A stretch of 64,000 nt of DNA from Felis catus. Its lineage: Eukaryota. Shown here in pieces: positions 1-14,190 of the stretch (position 1 is the stretch's first letter; the number at the start of each line of letters is the position of its first letter). The notes under the pieces are model-generated. The model saw only the letters and a program-made list of their open reading frames with translations. It searched no databases and was not told the DNA's origin. Both the position numbers and the translations under genes were made by a program. The stretch is taken from NCBI RefSeq assembly GCF_018350175.1, contig NC_058369.1, positions 23,624,001-23,688,000 of the forward strand, read 5' to 3'.

Positions 1-170
1 TCCCAGAGTCTCACTTGCACCCTGTTACCTTACACCCAAGGTCCTGAGAGTCAGCACCGTGTGCTTGTAGGAAGCCCCCACCCACTTACCACACAGGAAA
101 TGGTCTCATTACTACAGACAGAGCAAAAGAAGGCTTATTGGCATTTCATCACCTGCTCCTACACCCCTCA

Positions 171-173
<3 letters not shown>

Positions 174-228
<55 letters not shown>
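174..228. repeat. (TG)n microsatellite
   Basis: Perfect TG run; explains the CV/TH-repeat ORFs. Confidence 0.98.
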
Positions 229-230
<2 letters not shown>

Positions 231-717
231 GGGGTCTTTCTGGAGCACTGGAGGCAGAAATCACTGCCATGGGAATTACCCACTGACAAGAGTGAGCAAT
301 TGGAAAAACATTCATCCATTTTCCTCCTCCTCTTCTGGCTCATTTTTGTTTTTGAGTGGTAGGAAAAGTCACCTCCTAGCAAAAGATTTAAACAGAAGAG
401 ACTAGAGAACCATGAGAACTTTCTCACAGATGTGACACTCCTCCACAGAGTCTTTGAGATACCTTCTCCCTGATGCCCTTCTTTCTACCTCCAGGAGGTG
501 GCTATGCACCACTCCCAGGTGATGGCCTCTGCGGGAAGGTGCTGGCGAGAAAGCTCTCACCCTGCCAGCAGCCACTGAGGGAAAGCCAAACTCCCAGGCT
601 TCCCCTCATAGGGAAACCATGACGGTGTGATGAGACTAGAAGAACAGGATAACAGAATGAGTTAGATACCTCTGAATATCCTGAAAGGGGAAGGTTATGC
701 AACACACTGTCCAGTTT

Positions 718-925
718 TTTTTTTTTTAATGTTTATTTATTTTTGAGAGAGAGAGAGAGAGCAGTGAGGGAGGGGCAGAGAGAGAGGGAGACACAGAATC
801 TGAAGCAGGCTCCAGGCTCCAAGCTGTCAGCACAGAGCCCAACACGGGGCTCAAACCCACAGACTGCGAGATCACGACCCGAGCTGAAATCGGATGCTTA
901 ACGGACTGAGTCACCCAGGCGCCCC
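718..925 (-). mobile_element. Can-SINE (SINEC_Fc-like)
   Basis: Reverse complement of GGGGCGCCTGGGTG head, (CT)n and poly-A tail; 15 bp TSD cacactgtccagttt at 703-717 and 926-940. Confidence 0.96.
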
Positions 926-998
926 CACACTGTCCAGTTTAAAAGCATCTGCAACACAGTATTGTTTATGTTAAAAACACAAAGCCTCAATTACAAAG

Positions 999-1360
999 GC
1001 ATTGTGCTGCATGAAAAGACACAATCAAAAGGATCAAATAGTGTATGATTCTATTTAAATAACATTCTCCAAATGACGGAATTATAGATGGGGAAAAGCT
1101 TAGTGGTTGGCAGGGATTAGGGAATAGTGGATGGCGAAGAGGTGTGACTTGAAAGGAGTAGGTGACGGAACAATTAGAATAATGTATCGATGGAATAATT
1201 CTGTATCTTGATTATGGTGGTGGCTACACAAATCTACATGTGATAAAATGGCTTAGAACTATACACACCCATTTTACCAATGTAATTTCTTGGTTTTGAT
1301 ATTGTAGTATATTTATATAAGACGCAACCACTGGAGGAAACCAGGGGAAGGGTACACATC
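999..1360 (+). mobile_element. Old L1 3' end fragment (L1MC/MD-like)
   Basis: Typical L1M 3'UTR motifs (tgtatgattcta, tagtggttggcaggg, ctgtatcttgattatggtggtggctacac); boundaries approximate. Confidence 0.75.
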
Positions 1361-2091
1361 TCAAGACAATGTCATATATTTGCATAGATATATTTGTAAG
1401 TAAACGAAAACAAAAAACCTCCCAAAACTAAAAAGGATATATATCATACTGCTTTCTGTGGTCGCTTTGCCAAAATGGAAATATTTTAGATTAGGGGCTG
1501 CTCAACAGGTGTTTAGCCTTTTCTGTAATGTTAGAATATTTTTCCAACAGTATGCATTTGTGTATTGTTTTTATAATTTAACAAAGCGTCATTAACTTTG
1601 TAGAGTCAGCCAAAACTAACAAGTATTGATTGAGAATTTGCTGTGTGCCAGATATATTATGGCTGAAGCAGTGAAAAGCCAGATACAGTCCCTGTCCTCA
1701 TGGAAGGATGGTCCAGCCATACAGATAGCCATTAAACAGATGGTCACACAGATGATGGTTGCCGGGACTAAGAGGCATCTGGAGTGGTAACAATGTGGCA
1801 CAGGAACCTGGGATTCACCTCCAAAGCCTTCACAACCTCCCTGCAGCCAGCAGCTACTCACTCACTTGTCAACTCACTTATTCACTCATCAAACATTCGT
1901 TACGCCTTTCTGGATTACCCTGGAGAGACACAGATGAACAACTCGGGCTTCCTGCCTTAGTTACAGAAAGCACATCCAAGAAACTGACCACTTACAATCT
2001 GGGCAATGAATCTGCTCCGGGGTGAGGCTTCTCAAAGATGAATGAGAAATAGGCTGAAACCCTGGGACCTGCCAGAATGAGTAGAACAAGG

Positions 2092-2540
2092 CATTCTTAT
2101 GCTGGAGCTGGGCCCGAAGGACTCATGAGAGCCCATTGTTAACTTTTCTAGAATTCTGTGAACCAACTTTTCAACAATTCATTATTATAAATTAAGTTAT
2201 AAACATTTATATTTAACTTGAATTAAAAACAAATATAGTGAATACTCAAGATCATCACTTCCTAGTTATTTTTGTACATTTTGCTATTATCTACACTCGA
2301 GGTTATTAACCATTTGGGGGTATCTACGTAGTGAAGATATGTCAGATGGTATGATGCTGTGTTTCCCTTCTCAACCCTGTGTCCAGTGATGTCACATCAG
2401 TAACCTGAAAGGAGCCGTGGCCGGGGTATTTACACCACAGAAATTAGCAAAAGCTACAAAGCAGAGCTCCCTCCCCCACCCCCCACACACTCCCCACCCC
2501 CCAAATAAATGGTTTTTAATCATTTACCAGCATACCACTG
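2092..2540 (+). mobile_element. hAT-Blackjack DNA transposon relic (MER63-like)
   Basis: Degenerate terminal inverted repeats (cattcttatgctgg ... ccagcataccactg) and an internal gagagcccattgttaac motif resembling MER63. Confidence 0.7.
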
Positions 2541-3436
2541 GATGAAGGGCAAGTTCTGCAGAGGGCACCTTGGTCATTACTGTTGAAAACATTCATGCAG
2601 TTTTAGATCTTCCCCTTTAGTGCTGACCACACGGCCAGGAACTCAGCAGATGCTTAAGAGCTCATTAAGGGGCAGAAAAAAGGCAAGACAGGACACCAAA
2701 ACTTTCTGTGATGCTTTCCGGGGGCTTCAAACCACACCTAGTGTTTCTCTTGCAAGTGATATCCTCTGATTTTTCTTTATTTTTCCCAGGGGGCGAGGGG
2801 AGATATAACTCCTCCAAGGCCCTAAAACGGGCCTCTCATAATTTGATGCAGATGTTCTAAACCATGCTGTGGACACAGCCATATAAGAAGCCCATGGCTC
2901 CTGTGGGAATTCCCACCTGAGCCTGCTGGTGACGCCCAGGATCAGCGCCTCAGGGCTGTCCACCAACAGTACTACCTGTCTCAGCTCCCACCATGAATCC
3001 CCACCCCCACTCCCAGCCCCTCCACCTTTCTGTTTATAAACCCTCTGCCCCCACCCACCATTTGTGATGTAAAATGGATGGTCCCTTCCAAGGCTTATGG
3101 ATCTCACATCACCAACTTCCCAGGATCCCCACCTCTCCAGCGTTTGATCCCTTTAGATGAACACAATGGTTTTCAAACTTTGTTGCGTTAAAGTTTCCCA
3201 TGGTGGCCCACATAAAATGAATAAGAATTGAGTTGCCCTAGTTGAAGTGGAGCTTGGGTGAGTGGCCTATCTATACAGAGTCTACGACATGAAGAATGCC
3301 CCCTGGAGTTGTGCGATTCACTGGTTCTTAACTTGGGTGCCTGGGTTCCCCTGAGTCCTCGCCATCCAGCTTCAATCCCTGCCCTCTGACCCACCACCCC
3401 TCAGAACCCTTCAAGGGGTTCCCTAGAGCTCCATGG

Positions 3437-3920
3437 GTGGATATCTTTCTTTTTTGACTGCTCAGCATCCCTCTCCCCATCTTCTGGATTCAGCACTTTG
3501 ATTGTTCTTGGGGAAACTTGTTTTCTCTCTCAATAAACATGATTTAATGTGGACAGACTGGCAACCAAGGCCCTAGGAATGGCATCATCAGAGACACGAG
3601 AGGTTTAACTCTAAAACTTTTGTGGGAATTGTTGAAAAGAGGCATCATTTCCACAGGGCTTGTGAGAAGGGCTGCTGTAAGCCTGAAGCTGCTGACAGCC
3701 ATCTTATCTGAGAATGGAATTAACAAGGAGCAAAACAGAGCTGGGAGCAAATTTGAGTCCTAAAGACAACTTTTGAGCATTTGGACCCAGCTATGCCTGA
3801 AAGCCTGAAGCTAGAAACTCCTGTACCTTTTAGTTACATGAGCTGGCAAATCCTCCTTTTTGGCCTGAGCCAGTTTGAGTTGGGTTTCTACGCAGCTGGA
3901 AAACTGATGCCTTCTAATTA
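3437..3920 (+). mobile_element. Old MaLR LTR (MLT1J/K-like)
   Basis: Motifs ggacccagctatgcctgaa and gccagtttgagttgggtttct are typical of old MLT1 3' parts. Confidence 0.65.
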
Positions 3921-4272
3921 GCCTATTATTTCCAAATAGCCTATCTGGCATTAGCTTGGACAACCAACAATTTCTGATAGAGTTTTGGAAAAATACCGAA
4001 AATAGCTTAAAGGAGTTCCTGTATAACAGAAGGGCCTGGGCACACACATGCACTTTCATGACCTCCTTCCCAACTGAACCCATCCAAAATGGCAGTCAAG
4101 GAAGTAAGGAGCCATCAACCGGCAGGACCATGAGAACAAGATATCAAAGACAAACAAGAGATGTCAACAAAATTGAATAGTATGGGTTTCCAGATTGAAA
4201 GAGTCACGGAGTGCCCAAAATATTGAATGAGACAAACATTCACACTCAGATAAAGAGAAGGGATTAACAGCT

Positions 4273-4275
<3 letters not shown>

Positions 4276-4316
<41 letters not shown>
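4276..4316. repeat. (AG)n microsatellite
   Basis: Perfect AG run. Confidence 0.97.
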
Positions 4317-4318
<2 letters not shown>

Positions 4319-7300
4319 CTCATGTTAACAGAGAGACAAACAGAATGGCAAATACTAATAGAATAGAATACTAATGGATTTATTTTTACTAAAAGTGGGA
4401 AGCAAAACCAGCACAAAGCAGTTTCTGAAACTCTCTGAGCCCCAGTTTTGTCAGCAGTAAATTGGTGATAAAATAGAGTATAGAGGAAAGGAAACTACAT
4501 CTATGAAGGGCAAGCAATGTAGGAAGGGCTTGGTGAGACAATGAATGGAGATGCCCTTGAATTTCTGATCAAAACCCACCTTGGTCAGGACACGGCTCCC
4601 AAAGCAGGCTGTTCCCCTTTGGGAGGGGCCTAGGACTCCAGCTGTAAATGAGAACAGCTCAGAAATCTCTTCCTTGACGGAATTAGAAGCTAGATCTTTG
4701 CACTGAAGGTACCAGACCTTGGGTTGGACCCAGGTGAAAAATCCAATTGTGCAATCCTTCTTCATTCCTCAGATGCCTCAGCTGCCCACATCCCTCAGGG
4801 GAGGTTATGGGGAGGACCTGCTAGGACCCTCAGGAGCTCATCCTCACAAATCATGGTTTGAGATGAATAACCAGAAGCTCTCACCCGTGGCAGGGCCATC
4901 AACAACTTGTTCACCATCACCACCCAACACAGCCGCACGGTGAACCCACAACAGCTGCACAATATATTCCTGCCTCCTGTCAATATATTTTTGTCTAAAA
5001 TAACGCAGGCAGTCCACTGCCTGCCAGCCTCTCCCAGTTCCCCCTCCACATGTTACACTGGGTTTCATTTCCAAAACACAGATCTCACCTTATCATCCTC
5101 AGGAAATTTCTAAGGCTCCCCCTTTCAAAGGCAATAAAATCCCAATTCCCCAGCCTACCATGTTTGCCCCACTATATGCCCAGCATCCTCACTCCAAACA
5201 CACTGGAACCACCTCCTCTCGGGAAACACCTCCTGCTCACTCTCACCTCCAAACCTTTGCTCGAGCCATTGCCTCCTGTCCTACAGTGCTTTGTGTATGC
5301 GCCCATCAGGCTTCCTCAGAGTCCAGACTTTATGCAAGTTAATTAAGAATGTCTGTCTCCAAGGAGGCCAACAGAGAAGAATGACCACAGTGTATTTAAG
5401 TCTGAATCCCTGAGAACACCCAGAACAGAGGTAAGCACTTGGCATCAATCCCAGGGACTAGTGGTAAGTCAGTAATGTCTGAGGTGTGGGCATCTTGATG
5501 CCTTTCACCTTGAGTTCAGGACTTGGTATGTTCTTCATTAGCCAGAAGATGCTCTATTAGTCAACTATGTATTAACTGCTATTAGTCATATTGTCTCACT
5601 TGCAGTTAAAACTTTGTCCTATTTATTTTTTCCAGTAGAAAAAATGAAAAAACATCATGCCACATTCCATTCATGGGGAGCACCAGACATCGGGAGCAAA
5701 AGACAGGGAGATTTGGTGAATCAGAAGGTCTTTAAATGCAGTGCTGGTGGGGGGCGGGGGGAGGGGGCTCAGTCCTTTTGACTGGCAGTAGCTGTGTTAA
5801 TGGAATTCATTTTGAGCGAACTTCTCCCTCAGGATCCCCATCACCACCATCTTGCCCACCGCTGCAGGACAAGTGACTGGCACTTAGCAACATTAAGAGT
5901 GGCAACCAGTCCTTTCTTACTCACATGTCACAAAAGTGGGACTCATTATTTGGATCAATTTTTTTTTAATTTGCATTCCTCTCTCCCACTCCTTCCTTCC
6001 AGAATCTCCAAAGTGAAATAGAGACTGCCCCAGCCAAGACAGAAAGGAACCAATATCTGCTTTGTAAGTTTTCTTTTAAAGACAATCATCATTTTTCATC
6101 CCTCCCCAGAACAAAACTATCAACAATAATACATGAAAAAACAATCACAGTTGAATCCCAACACAAAGATCTGGAAGACCCACTAGAGACCCATGCATAA
6201 CCCAAGTTCCAGAAAGACAGGAAGAGGAGAAATCAGCAAAAACCCCTTATTTTATCACAGGTAGTAATGCGTGCGGGCATTTGGATCTGCTGTGTCCCCT
6301 GTAATTTGCTCTCCTATAGGGAAATCTATCCAAATGGAAGTGTCCAAACAGCCCCCTCTTCTGCCTCTGCTCTTTTGGGATCTTGACTGTGGTCTGCGAA
6401 AGGTCTTAGGAGAGCATGTTTTCTTTTTCCAAATGTGAAGTGTTTGGCAGCAGGCACAAGATGAGTTCAGTGCAAAGGCCCTGCTCTTGTCAGCTTGGCT
6501 TGTGTTTTTGGCTCCTGGAGTGTAGCAGAGATCCAGGGACGTTTGCCACAGGCCCGCGGGAGGCTGCCTCCCATGACAGATCCGGCTTGCATCACAGATA
6601 TCCAGGTCCGTGAGCCTCGCCTGGTATGTCCCTACCTCTGTGCTCTGCAGTTTACCTGGGAGACACCTGGGGGCCCAGGTTCCAGCTCCTTCAAGGCCGA
6701 GTGCCCTTAATTTCAGCACGTTTCCAGGCTTCTCTGCCCTGCCGGGTCGCGCCTCTGCAAAGAAGCAAAAGGCCTGTGCTCTGCAGGGGTGACCCTGCTG
6801 CTACAGAGGGCTGTGATCATGCAGGGGTGATACACGCACGGCCCAGGGTCCTCCTGGACAGCGCGAAGAGAACCATCTGTCAATGTGTTCGATGCTCATT
6901 GAGGAATACGGCCAACTGAAGAATTCTCCACCCTGAAGTTGTCCCACCAAGAAGACCCTGCCAAAACCACCACCAAACCAAGTTCAGAGAGAAAGAGAAC
7001 AGGGAGAGCAAGATGCCCACCCCACCCCCACTCCCCCCATGTTGGCAAGATGGCCAACATGGTGAGAAGGTCCCAGAAGGCCTAATTCATACCACGGCCA
7101 GGTTTGCTTTAAGACTTGAGCACGACTGGAAGGTCTGCTCAACCTTGAGCGACCCCACTTCACTGAGCATCTTGCCATGCCTTTCGCCATCAGAAGCCCC
7201 CTCACCCCCACCAGGGGACCACAGGGACCATCTCCCAATCACTTACAAGATGTCGGCGCAGCAATGACATCAAAGATGTGGACAAACCACCCTTCACTTA

Positions 7301-7849
7301 TGTGCTCGCCCTCGGACATACGTTTCTAACATCTCACGTGCACCGGCCCTTGTGGTGGGGGAGAGGTGTCGGGTCAGAGTGGTGAAAAGCAGCCTGTCCC
7401 CTGGCAAACCATAAACTCTAACCCTATCTAGGCAAGATGGGAGGCAATCACTTCTCCCATCTGATTGGCAGAATCAGAGGCACCCATGCATTTCTGCATG
7501 CAACTCTGACAAACTCCCCGGCGATGTTGAAGCCGCGGGTCCTAGAGGACCCTGAGAACCACTCCACACGTAGCATACTAAGGCTGGTCAGCCGCTGGTG
7601 ATGGATCTGCTGGATCGCTGAGGGATGACGTGGACCAGCAGTCAATGTGAAGAACCTCACAGGCTCAGAGGCAGGGTCTATCCAAGCTGTGGGGGGCCTA
7701 CTCCATCTAAGGGAAACTCACACTTCACTCAGTCCTCCTGCGCCCTGCCTCACTTCTGTTAGTCAGCCCCGGGTGCTAATTCGTATCTCAAGTTTCAAAC
7801 TCGGCATGACGTATCCTCAATATGTCCCGATTCAAAAGCTATAAATTAG

Positions 7850-8231
7850 ATCATATATGCTGGGTGCCAGGCACTTTTATGCATTATTTTATTTAATTAC
7901 TCACAGCAACACTGTATAGCAGTACCAGTAATATCTAATATTTAAATAAGACTTTTGTGCCAGGAACTATTCTAAATGCTTTAGACCAGGGTCGGCAAAC
8001 TACGACCTGTGGACGAAAACTGGTCTATCACCTGTTTTAATAACACAGCCATGCATGTTTGCCCATGAGTGTTTTTCTGCAAAAGTAGAATTGAATAGTT
8101 GTAACAGATACCATACATCCCACAAAATCTAAAATATTTACCCTCTGGCCCTTTATAGGAAAAGTTTGCTTAAACTTGCTTCAGATATATTAAACTATTT
8201 AATTCCTGTGACAGCACTACATGTAAGTGCT
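7850..8231 (-). mobile_element. MIR fragments, interrupted by MER58A and L1; continues at ~10110-10240
   Basis: MIR core motifs (tgccaggcactt...atttaatt...cacagcaac; later tttgcctgagtcacacggttagtaagt). Confidence 0.7.
7987..8178 (+). mobile_element. hAT-Charlie MITE (MER58A-like)
   Basis: Starts cagggtcggcaaactac and ends ctggccctttataggaaaagtttgc, matching MER58 termini. Confidence 0.85.
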
Positions 8232-10109
8232 GGTTTTTTGCAGTAAATACACATAACAGAAATTTTACCACTTGAAATCTTTTTAAGTGTGCACTTCAGA
8301 GGCATGATGTACATTCACACTGATGTGCAACCATCACCACCATCCATCCTCCATCCATCCCCAGAACGTTTTTCATCTTCCCAAATTGGAATTCTATATT
8401 CATTAGACAATAACTCCCTATTCTCCCCCTACAGCCCAAGCCCATGGCAACTGCCATTCTACTTTCTGCCTCCGTGAATTTGAGTCCTCCAAATACTTCA
8501 TATAAGTGTAATCATACAGTCCTTGTCTTTTTACGTCTGGCTTATTTTACTTAGTATACTGTCTTCCAGGTTTGTCCATGTTGTAATACTTGCCACAATT
8601 TCAGTCCTTTTTACAGCTGAATAATATTCTATCTTATGTATATACCACATGTAATTTATCCATTCATCTGTTGATGGACCCTGGGTCACTATCACCTTTG
8701 GCTGTTGTGTATTCACAATATTCCCCATGCTGCTATGAATACAGTTCGAATCTCTGCTTTTGAATCTTTGGGGTTTGCACCCAGAAGTGGAATTGCTGGA
8801 CCATATGATAATTCTATGCTTAATTTTTTGAGGAACCACCATATTGTTTTCCATAGCAGCAGTACCATTTTACATTCCCATCAGCGACGCACTCGTGCTC
8901 CAGTTTCTCCACATCCTTGACAATACTTGTTGTTTTCTGGGTTTTTGTTTTGTTTTATTTTTGCTTTGTTTTTGCTTGTTTTGTTTAGTTTAAATACTAG
9001 CCGTCCTAATGGATATCTCACTGTGGTTTTGATTTACATTTCACTAATGGACAGTGATGAGCATCTTTCTAGGTGCATGTTGGCCATGTGGGTATCTTTT
9101 TTGGAGAAAAGTTTATTCAAGTCTATTATTCATTTTTTAATTGGGTTATTTTTTGTTGTTGAGTGGTAAGAGTTCTTTATATATTCAGGATGTCAATTCC
9201 TTCCCATATATATGATTTTCAAATATTTTCCCCATTTCATCAGTTGCCCTTTCACTCTGTTGATCATGTCCTTTGACGCACAGAAGTTTTTGTTTTGATG
9301 AAACTCAACTTATTTTTCCTCTGTTGCCTGTGTTTTAGTGTCCTAGCCAAGAAATCATTGCCAAATCCAGTATCATGAAGCTTTTCTTCTGTGTTTTCTT
9401 CAAAGAGTTTTGTAGTTTAAGCTTTCAGGTTTGGGTCTTTGATCCATTTTGAGTTAGTTTCTGAAAGGTGTAAGGTAAGGGTCCAACTACATTCTTTTGC
9501 ATGTGGATATCCAATGTGCACATCATCTTTGGTTGAAAAAACTTTCCTTTCCCCCATTGAATGATCTTGGTGCCTCATTGAAAACCCATATGCAAGAGCT
9601 TATTTGGGGGCTCTCTATTCGATTACATTAGTCTCTATGCCTGTCTTTATGCTAGTACCACACTCTTTTGATTGCTGTAGATTTGTAGGAAGGTTTGAAA
9701 TCAGGAAGTATGAGACCTCTGACTTTGTTCTTCTTTTTGAAGACTATTTTGGCTGTCTGGGGTCCCTTGATATTCCATACGAATTTTAGGATAGATTTTT
9801 CTATTTTTGTAAAAACCATCATTGGGATTTGATGAAGATTGCATTGAATCTATAGATCACTTTGGGGAATACTGCCATGTCACAAATAGTAAGCCCCCTA
9901 ATCCATGATACAGTATGTCTTTCCAGGTATTTGCATTTTAACTTCAGTATGTCTTTGGCCTCCTTGGTTAAGTTTATTCCTAAGCATTTTTTTGATGCTA
10001 TTATTTTTTGATGCTATTAATGGGTTGTTTTGTCAATTTCCTCTTCAGGTTGTTCACTGTTAATGTACAGAAATGCAAATGATTTTTGTGTCTTTAACTT
10101 TGCCAAAGT
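8232..10109 (-). mobile_element. 5'-truncated L1 (L1MB/MA-like), 3'UTR plus end of ORF2
   Basis: Antisense L1 3' motifs (gtgcaaccatcaccacc, ccattttacattcccatcagc, attgggattttgatgaagattgcattgaatc); candidate 8 bp TSD taagtgct at 8224-8231 and 10110-10117. Confidence 0.9.
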
Positions 10110-10729
10110 TAAGTGCTACTTGTATCCCCATTTAAAAAATGGGAAAATGGTAGCACAGAAACCTAAGCAATTTGCCTGAGTCACACGGTTAGTAAGTGAG
10201 GGAGCCAGGGTTGTAATCCAGCCATTCTATTTCCAGATCCCCTTCTCTTCCCCATTACTCTCAACTGCCTCTTCTGAAAAAGTAATATCTTGGCCAAGAT
10301 CTCACTTACAGAAATGCCAAATCCAGATTTTGGACTCAGAACTGACTCCAAATCTTTGCTCACAGGATAATAGTATTCTGACAGCCTTAGGATACCCCAA
10401 CCACAAATTCATCAATCAAATAACTTGGTTATACAGTGTGAGGGAAATTCAAATTTTGGATTTTTTTAAATAAATTGAGTATATGGAAGAGGTGAATGAA
10501 TTCAGCCAAAAAGCAGCATGGGTGATACACCAGAATAGAGGTAAGTCCTGTCCTGATTTTCCTCCAGACAGTCCTAGATGCTTCATTTGGTTTAGATGGT
10601 ATGTTTTATGATGGCTTTAACTGTGGACACTACATTTCCTCAACTGGTTAGAATTTTAAGTTGAATTGTAAAAGGCAAGAAAGGAAGGTAAAAACCTGAA
10701 CAAATTTCTCCTAAATCCTCCCAGTGGTT

Positions 10730-10763
10730 GTTTTGTTTTGTTTTGTTTTGTTTTGTTTTGTTT
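10730..10763. repeat. (GTTTT)n microsatellite
   Basis: Pentanucleotide run. Confidence 0.9.
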
Positions 10764-12211
10764 AATGCCTCTCTCCTCTAAAGAGCATGATGGAGTTGGC
10801 TGGAGGACATAATGAGGAATTTACCACTCTGAGCTACAAGGTAAGGATTCCAAATCCTGCAAGAAGCCCAGGGGTCACTTCCAGGCTTAAGTGCCAAATG
10901 AAATGACACCAAGTGGCCTTGTATGAATCTGTGGGATTCCCAAGCTGCCCAAGAGGTGGCCATTGTATCTTATGAAGGAATGCCATGGACCCATCCCAAA
11001 GACCTCGAGCAGCAACGCCAAAAGGCAATGAACTTGAACTAAATAAGTCTTCTCATTGGCTGCTGCTGTTGATGTTGTAAAAGACTCTGCCCAATGGCTT
11101 CAGGCCTGAGTAAATGTTGGCTTGGCTGACCTGGTCCACTAAAATGAATTGGGAATGACTAAGGTGTATGAATGCCAGCCCTTCCATTAACAGGGAAGGC
11201 ATGCAGGGGCTGCAGAGAGGGTCAGCATACCAAGAAGCAAACAAAGATTCCCTTCCGAAGGGTGAGTTACAAGGAGGAGGGGAAGAATGAGAAGACAAAC
11301 CTTGATGTCCTTGGGAGATGGGCTGTTTAACAAATCCATCCTGACTGCAACATGGCCTGAGGCTTGAGTGCTTGATGCCCCTAAGCAAATGTGAGCACCT
11401 GGAGGGACACAACTATAACATCGATGAGCCTCAGCCTTACCTACTGCAAAATGGATTCATAGACCATTTTGCTCCTAGTATTACAAGGAATTGTCCTAAG
11501 GATCAAATAACAGGAGATAGAAGAAAACGGAAAAAAACACTTTACATAGTTAAATGCCCTATATGAATGTAAGGTATAATCTCACAGCATAGGTTGGGGT
11601 GCTGAAGACAGTGGCAGGAATCAAAGGGGGCTTTGGCTTTAATTTCAATGCTTTAATTTTGTTTTGGAGTGACAGACTCATAGATGTTTTCTGTGTATTT
11701 TAAAGGCATACACACATGTAATATATATATACAAATCTATATTCAAAAAGAGTTTCGGCTCAGTTAGATGCCAACACACAACCCTCTTCTTTTCCCCATT
11801 TGCCCATTCAAACCCACTTTGTGGGGCCAATTCTTTCCCAGCTCCTGTAAAAGGCCTAGAGGTGGGCCCGTCAATTTTCTGGTCAGAGGCCACAAAATGT
11901 CCTCTTGTCACTTATGGTTTCATAAATTGTGTCATTTTGATAAATAATGTACAGGTCCATATAACAGTCTCAATTCTACTTAAAGCTCACATGGTCTCAG
12001 GCTGGACCTCTAACAGGGGAAGAAGCATGAAGATTCTTCTTTATTTCCTTTTTTGCTCATATCTTCCCCCCAGTGGCTAGATTTCTGACTCCTTGAGGCC
12101 TAGGTGGAGGCAAGGAGAAAGAAAAGGCAGGAAAGCTCCTTCTATATCAACATCAGTGTGATCTGACATTGGTTTTCCCTGGCCACTGCAGATGTTTAAA
12201 GCCAGACCTTT

Positions 12212-12410
12212 GAGGCTCTGGGTGGCTCAGTGGGTTGAAGTACCCGACTCTTGATTTCAGCTCAGGTCATGATCCCAGGGTCATGGGAGTGAGCCCAACA
12301 TTGGGCTCTGTGCAGAGTGTGGAGTCTGCTTAAGATTCTCTCTCTTTTTCTCTCTCCCTCTCTCCCCTACTCACACATGATATCTCTCTAAAAAAAAATA
12401 AATAAGTAAA
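12212..12410 (+). mobile_element. Older Can-SINE
   Basis: ctgggtggctcagt head, cttgatttcagctcaggtcatgat, (CT)n, A-tail; diverged TSD taaagccagaccttt / taaagcaagatcttt. Confidence 0.92.
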
Positions 12411-13884
12411 TAAAGCAAGATCTTTGCTGGGCAGTCTGGTTTGTCTGGTGTTCCTCCATTTCTGGAGAGCTGTCTTCCCCAGTTCCTTCATGCAGGCCAG
12501 GGTCTCCCCACTGGCTGTTCCATGCTTTTCCCTGGTGTCCAGGCTCCATGTACCCAAATCTCCAGGCAATCTGTGCAAACCCATGGGGTGGCTGACTTGA
12601 AACCTCACTTGTGTGCCCTGGGGTCAGGAGGGAGCTCACTATCCCCACCGTGGGGTGGAGACTGGGGAGCAGGTGACAATCACAGCCTGCTCAGACTCTC
12701 TCCAAAGGACTTTTCCCCAATTTCCCTCTCAGCTCCTTCAATTTTCTGGTTGGGCTCCTCAATTTTATACCTTCCACTGAGGGATTAAAGGTTGCAAAAC
12801 CCATCCTCACCTATCCTATCTGCCTATCCCACACAGACGATCTGGTAGACTTTTCTGTAAATATCATACGATATAAAAAGCAACTCTCTTTGCCCATTGT
12901 CTGCAGTGGCCCAAGATAACAGGCACTAAATACTCCTGGGTGTTTTGCTAAGTGAGACAGACAGTTCTCACGGAGTTGTAGAAAAAAGCACTAGAGGCAG
13001 CTGTGCTCTGTGTTAATAGTACCTCATTCCAAGGGCCGAAACTATGGGTGATGTTTTTTGTTACATTACTCTATAGTTTTTAAATGTTAATTAAAAAAAA
13101 TAAAAGATGAGAATAAAAAGATGAAAAATTCTAGAAAATGGGGAGAACATGTGAAATGAAAAGAAAGAAAGGGAGGAGAGAGGCAAGAGGGTGAAAAGGC
13201 AAGAGAGAGACCCAAGGAGGGTGAAAAGGAGAAAAGCAGCAGCCACGGCAGAAAACAGATGCCAGAAACAGATACGGTTATTTTTTTTTTTACAAGTGGG
13301 CTTTTAAAGTGATGTCTGCCTCCGCGCGGGAAATGCACACATTAATTTAGAGCCAGGATTGCAAACACGCACCCCTCTGCAAAGGGTAGGCAGATACGTT
13401 AGAACGAACCGTCCGCCACATTTGGGTGAACTGCTTTGTCTTTGCATGAAGCCTAGGGATGGCCAGCTTGGCTGAAGGGAAGGAATTCAGACTCTTGATC
13501 AATCCAATCAATCGGATGGGACTGGTGTGACATTTGTATTTTTGCACCCCCTCCATAACAGAGGAGATGCGGGGAAGTTAAGACAGAGTAGCTACATAAA
13601 CAACACTGCAGAGACCACCTACGAGCTCCTTAAATAGCATTAATTTAACAGCATCCATTTGAACAATGTGCTAATCTCAGAAAATCTTCTCATGAAAGCA
13701 GGTGTTGGCATCAGCTTTTACTATAGCTGGAAAAGTAAGGAAACTACAATTATTCTTTTCTTGAATTCTAACACTCTGGCTTGCCACTGTTTGAGATCGG
13801 ATAGTAGGCACCCAGCCGAAGTGCAACGGGGTGCCCCTGGAAGGGTTTTAAGCAGAAGAACTATGTATGGGATATTCCCTGTGT

Positions 13885-14190
13885 GCCGTGTGCCCTCCAC
13901 TCTGATCCACTCTCCACTCTTCTCCATCTTGCTCTGTACCCATGGACGGTGACCTCTGCAGAGTTCATCCCCTGGGACTTTCTGCTGTCCACATTTGAGT
14001 TGGGTTCAGTCAGTGGAAAGTGCCAGGGGCATATGGAAAAGGAGAGGAGAGAGAGACGGGGTATTTATTCACGGTTCAGTCTTTCATTCTACTGAAGGCC
14101 ACCCCTCCTGGAGTTATGATGTGTCCTCTCCTACAGCCACACAGGTCTCATCGGGGGGCTGGTAACTGGCCCCACTACCTGTCCCTTCAA
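13885..14190. mobile_element. ERVL LTR fragment (LTR16/LTR33-like)
   Basis: gttgggttcagtcagtggaa...ggagaggagagagacggggtatttattc resembles the LTR16 family. Confidence 0.5.

Noticed and set aside
61..427. ORFs with CV/TH dipeptide runs
   Set aside because: Artefacts of the (TG)n microsatellite.
491..502. CTCF-like core ccaggaggtggc
   Set aside because: One core mismatch; such matches are expected by chance in 64 kb.
726..914. Recurrent similar peptides (SLEPASDSVSPSLS) in many ORFs, suggesting a gene family or tRNA genes
   Set aside because: All are translations of Can-SINE copies; the tRNA-like heads are SINE-derived, not tRNA genes.
6255..6719. 154 aa minus-strand ORF as a gene or processed pseudogene
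   Set aside because: No recognisable domain, no poly-A/TSD signature, and several overlapping ORFs in GC-rich DNA suggest chance.
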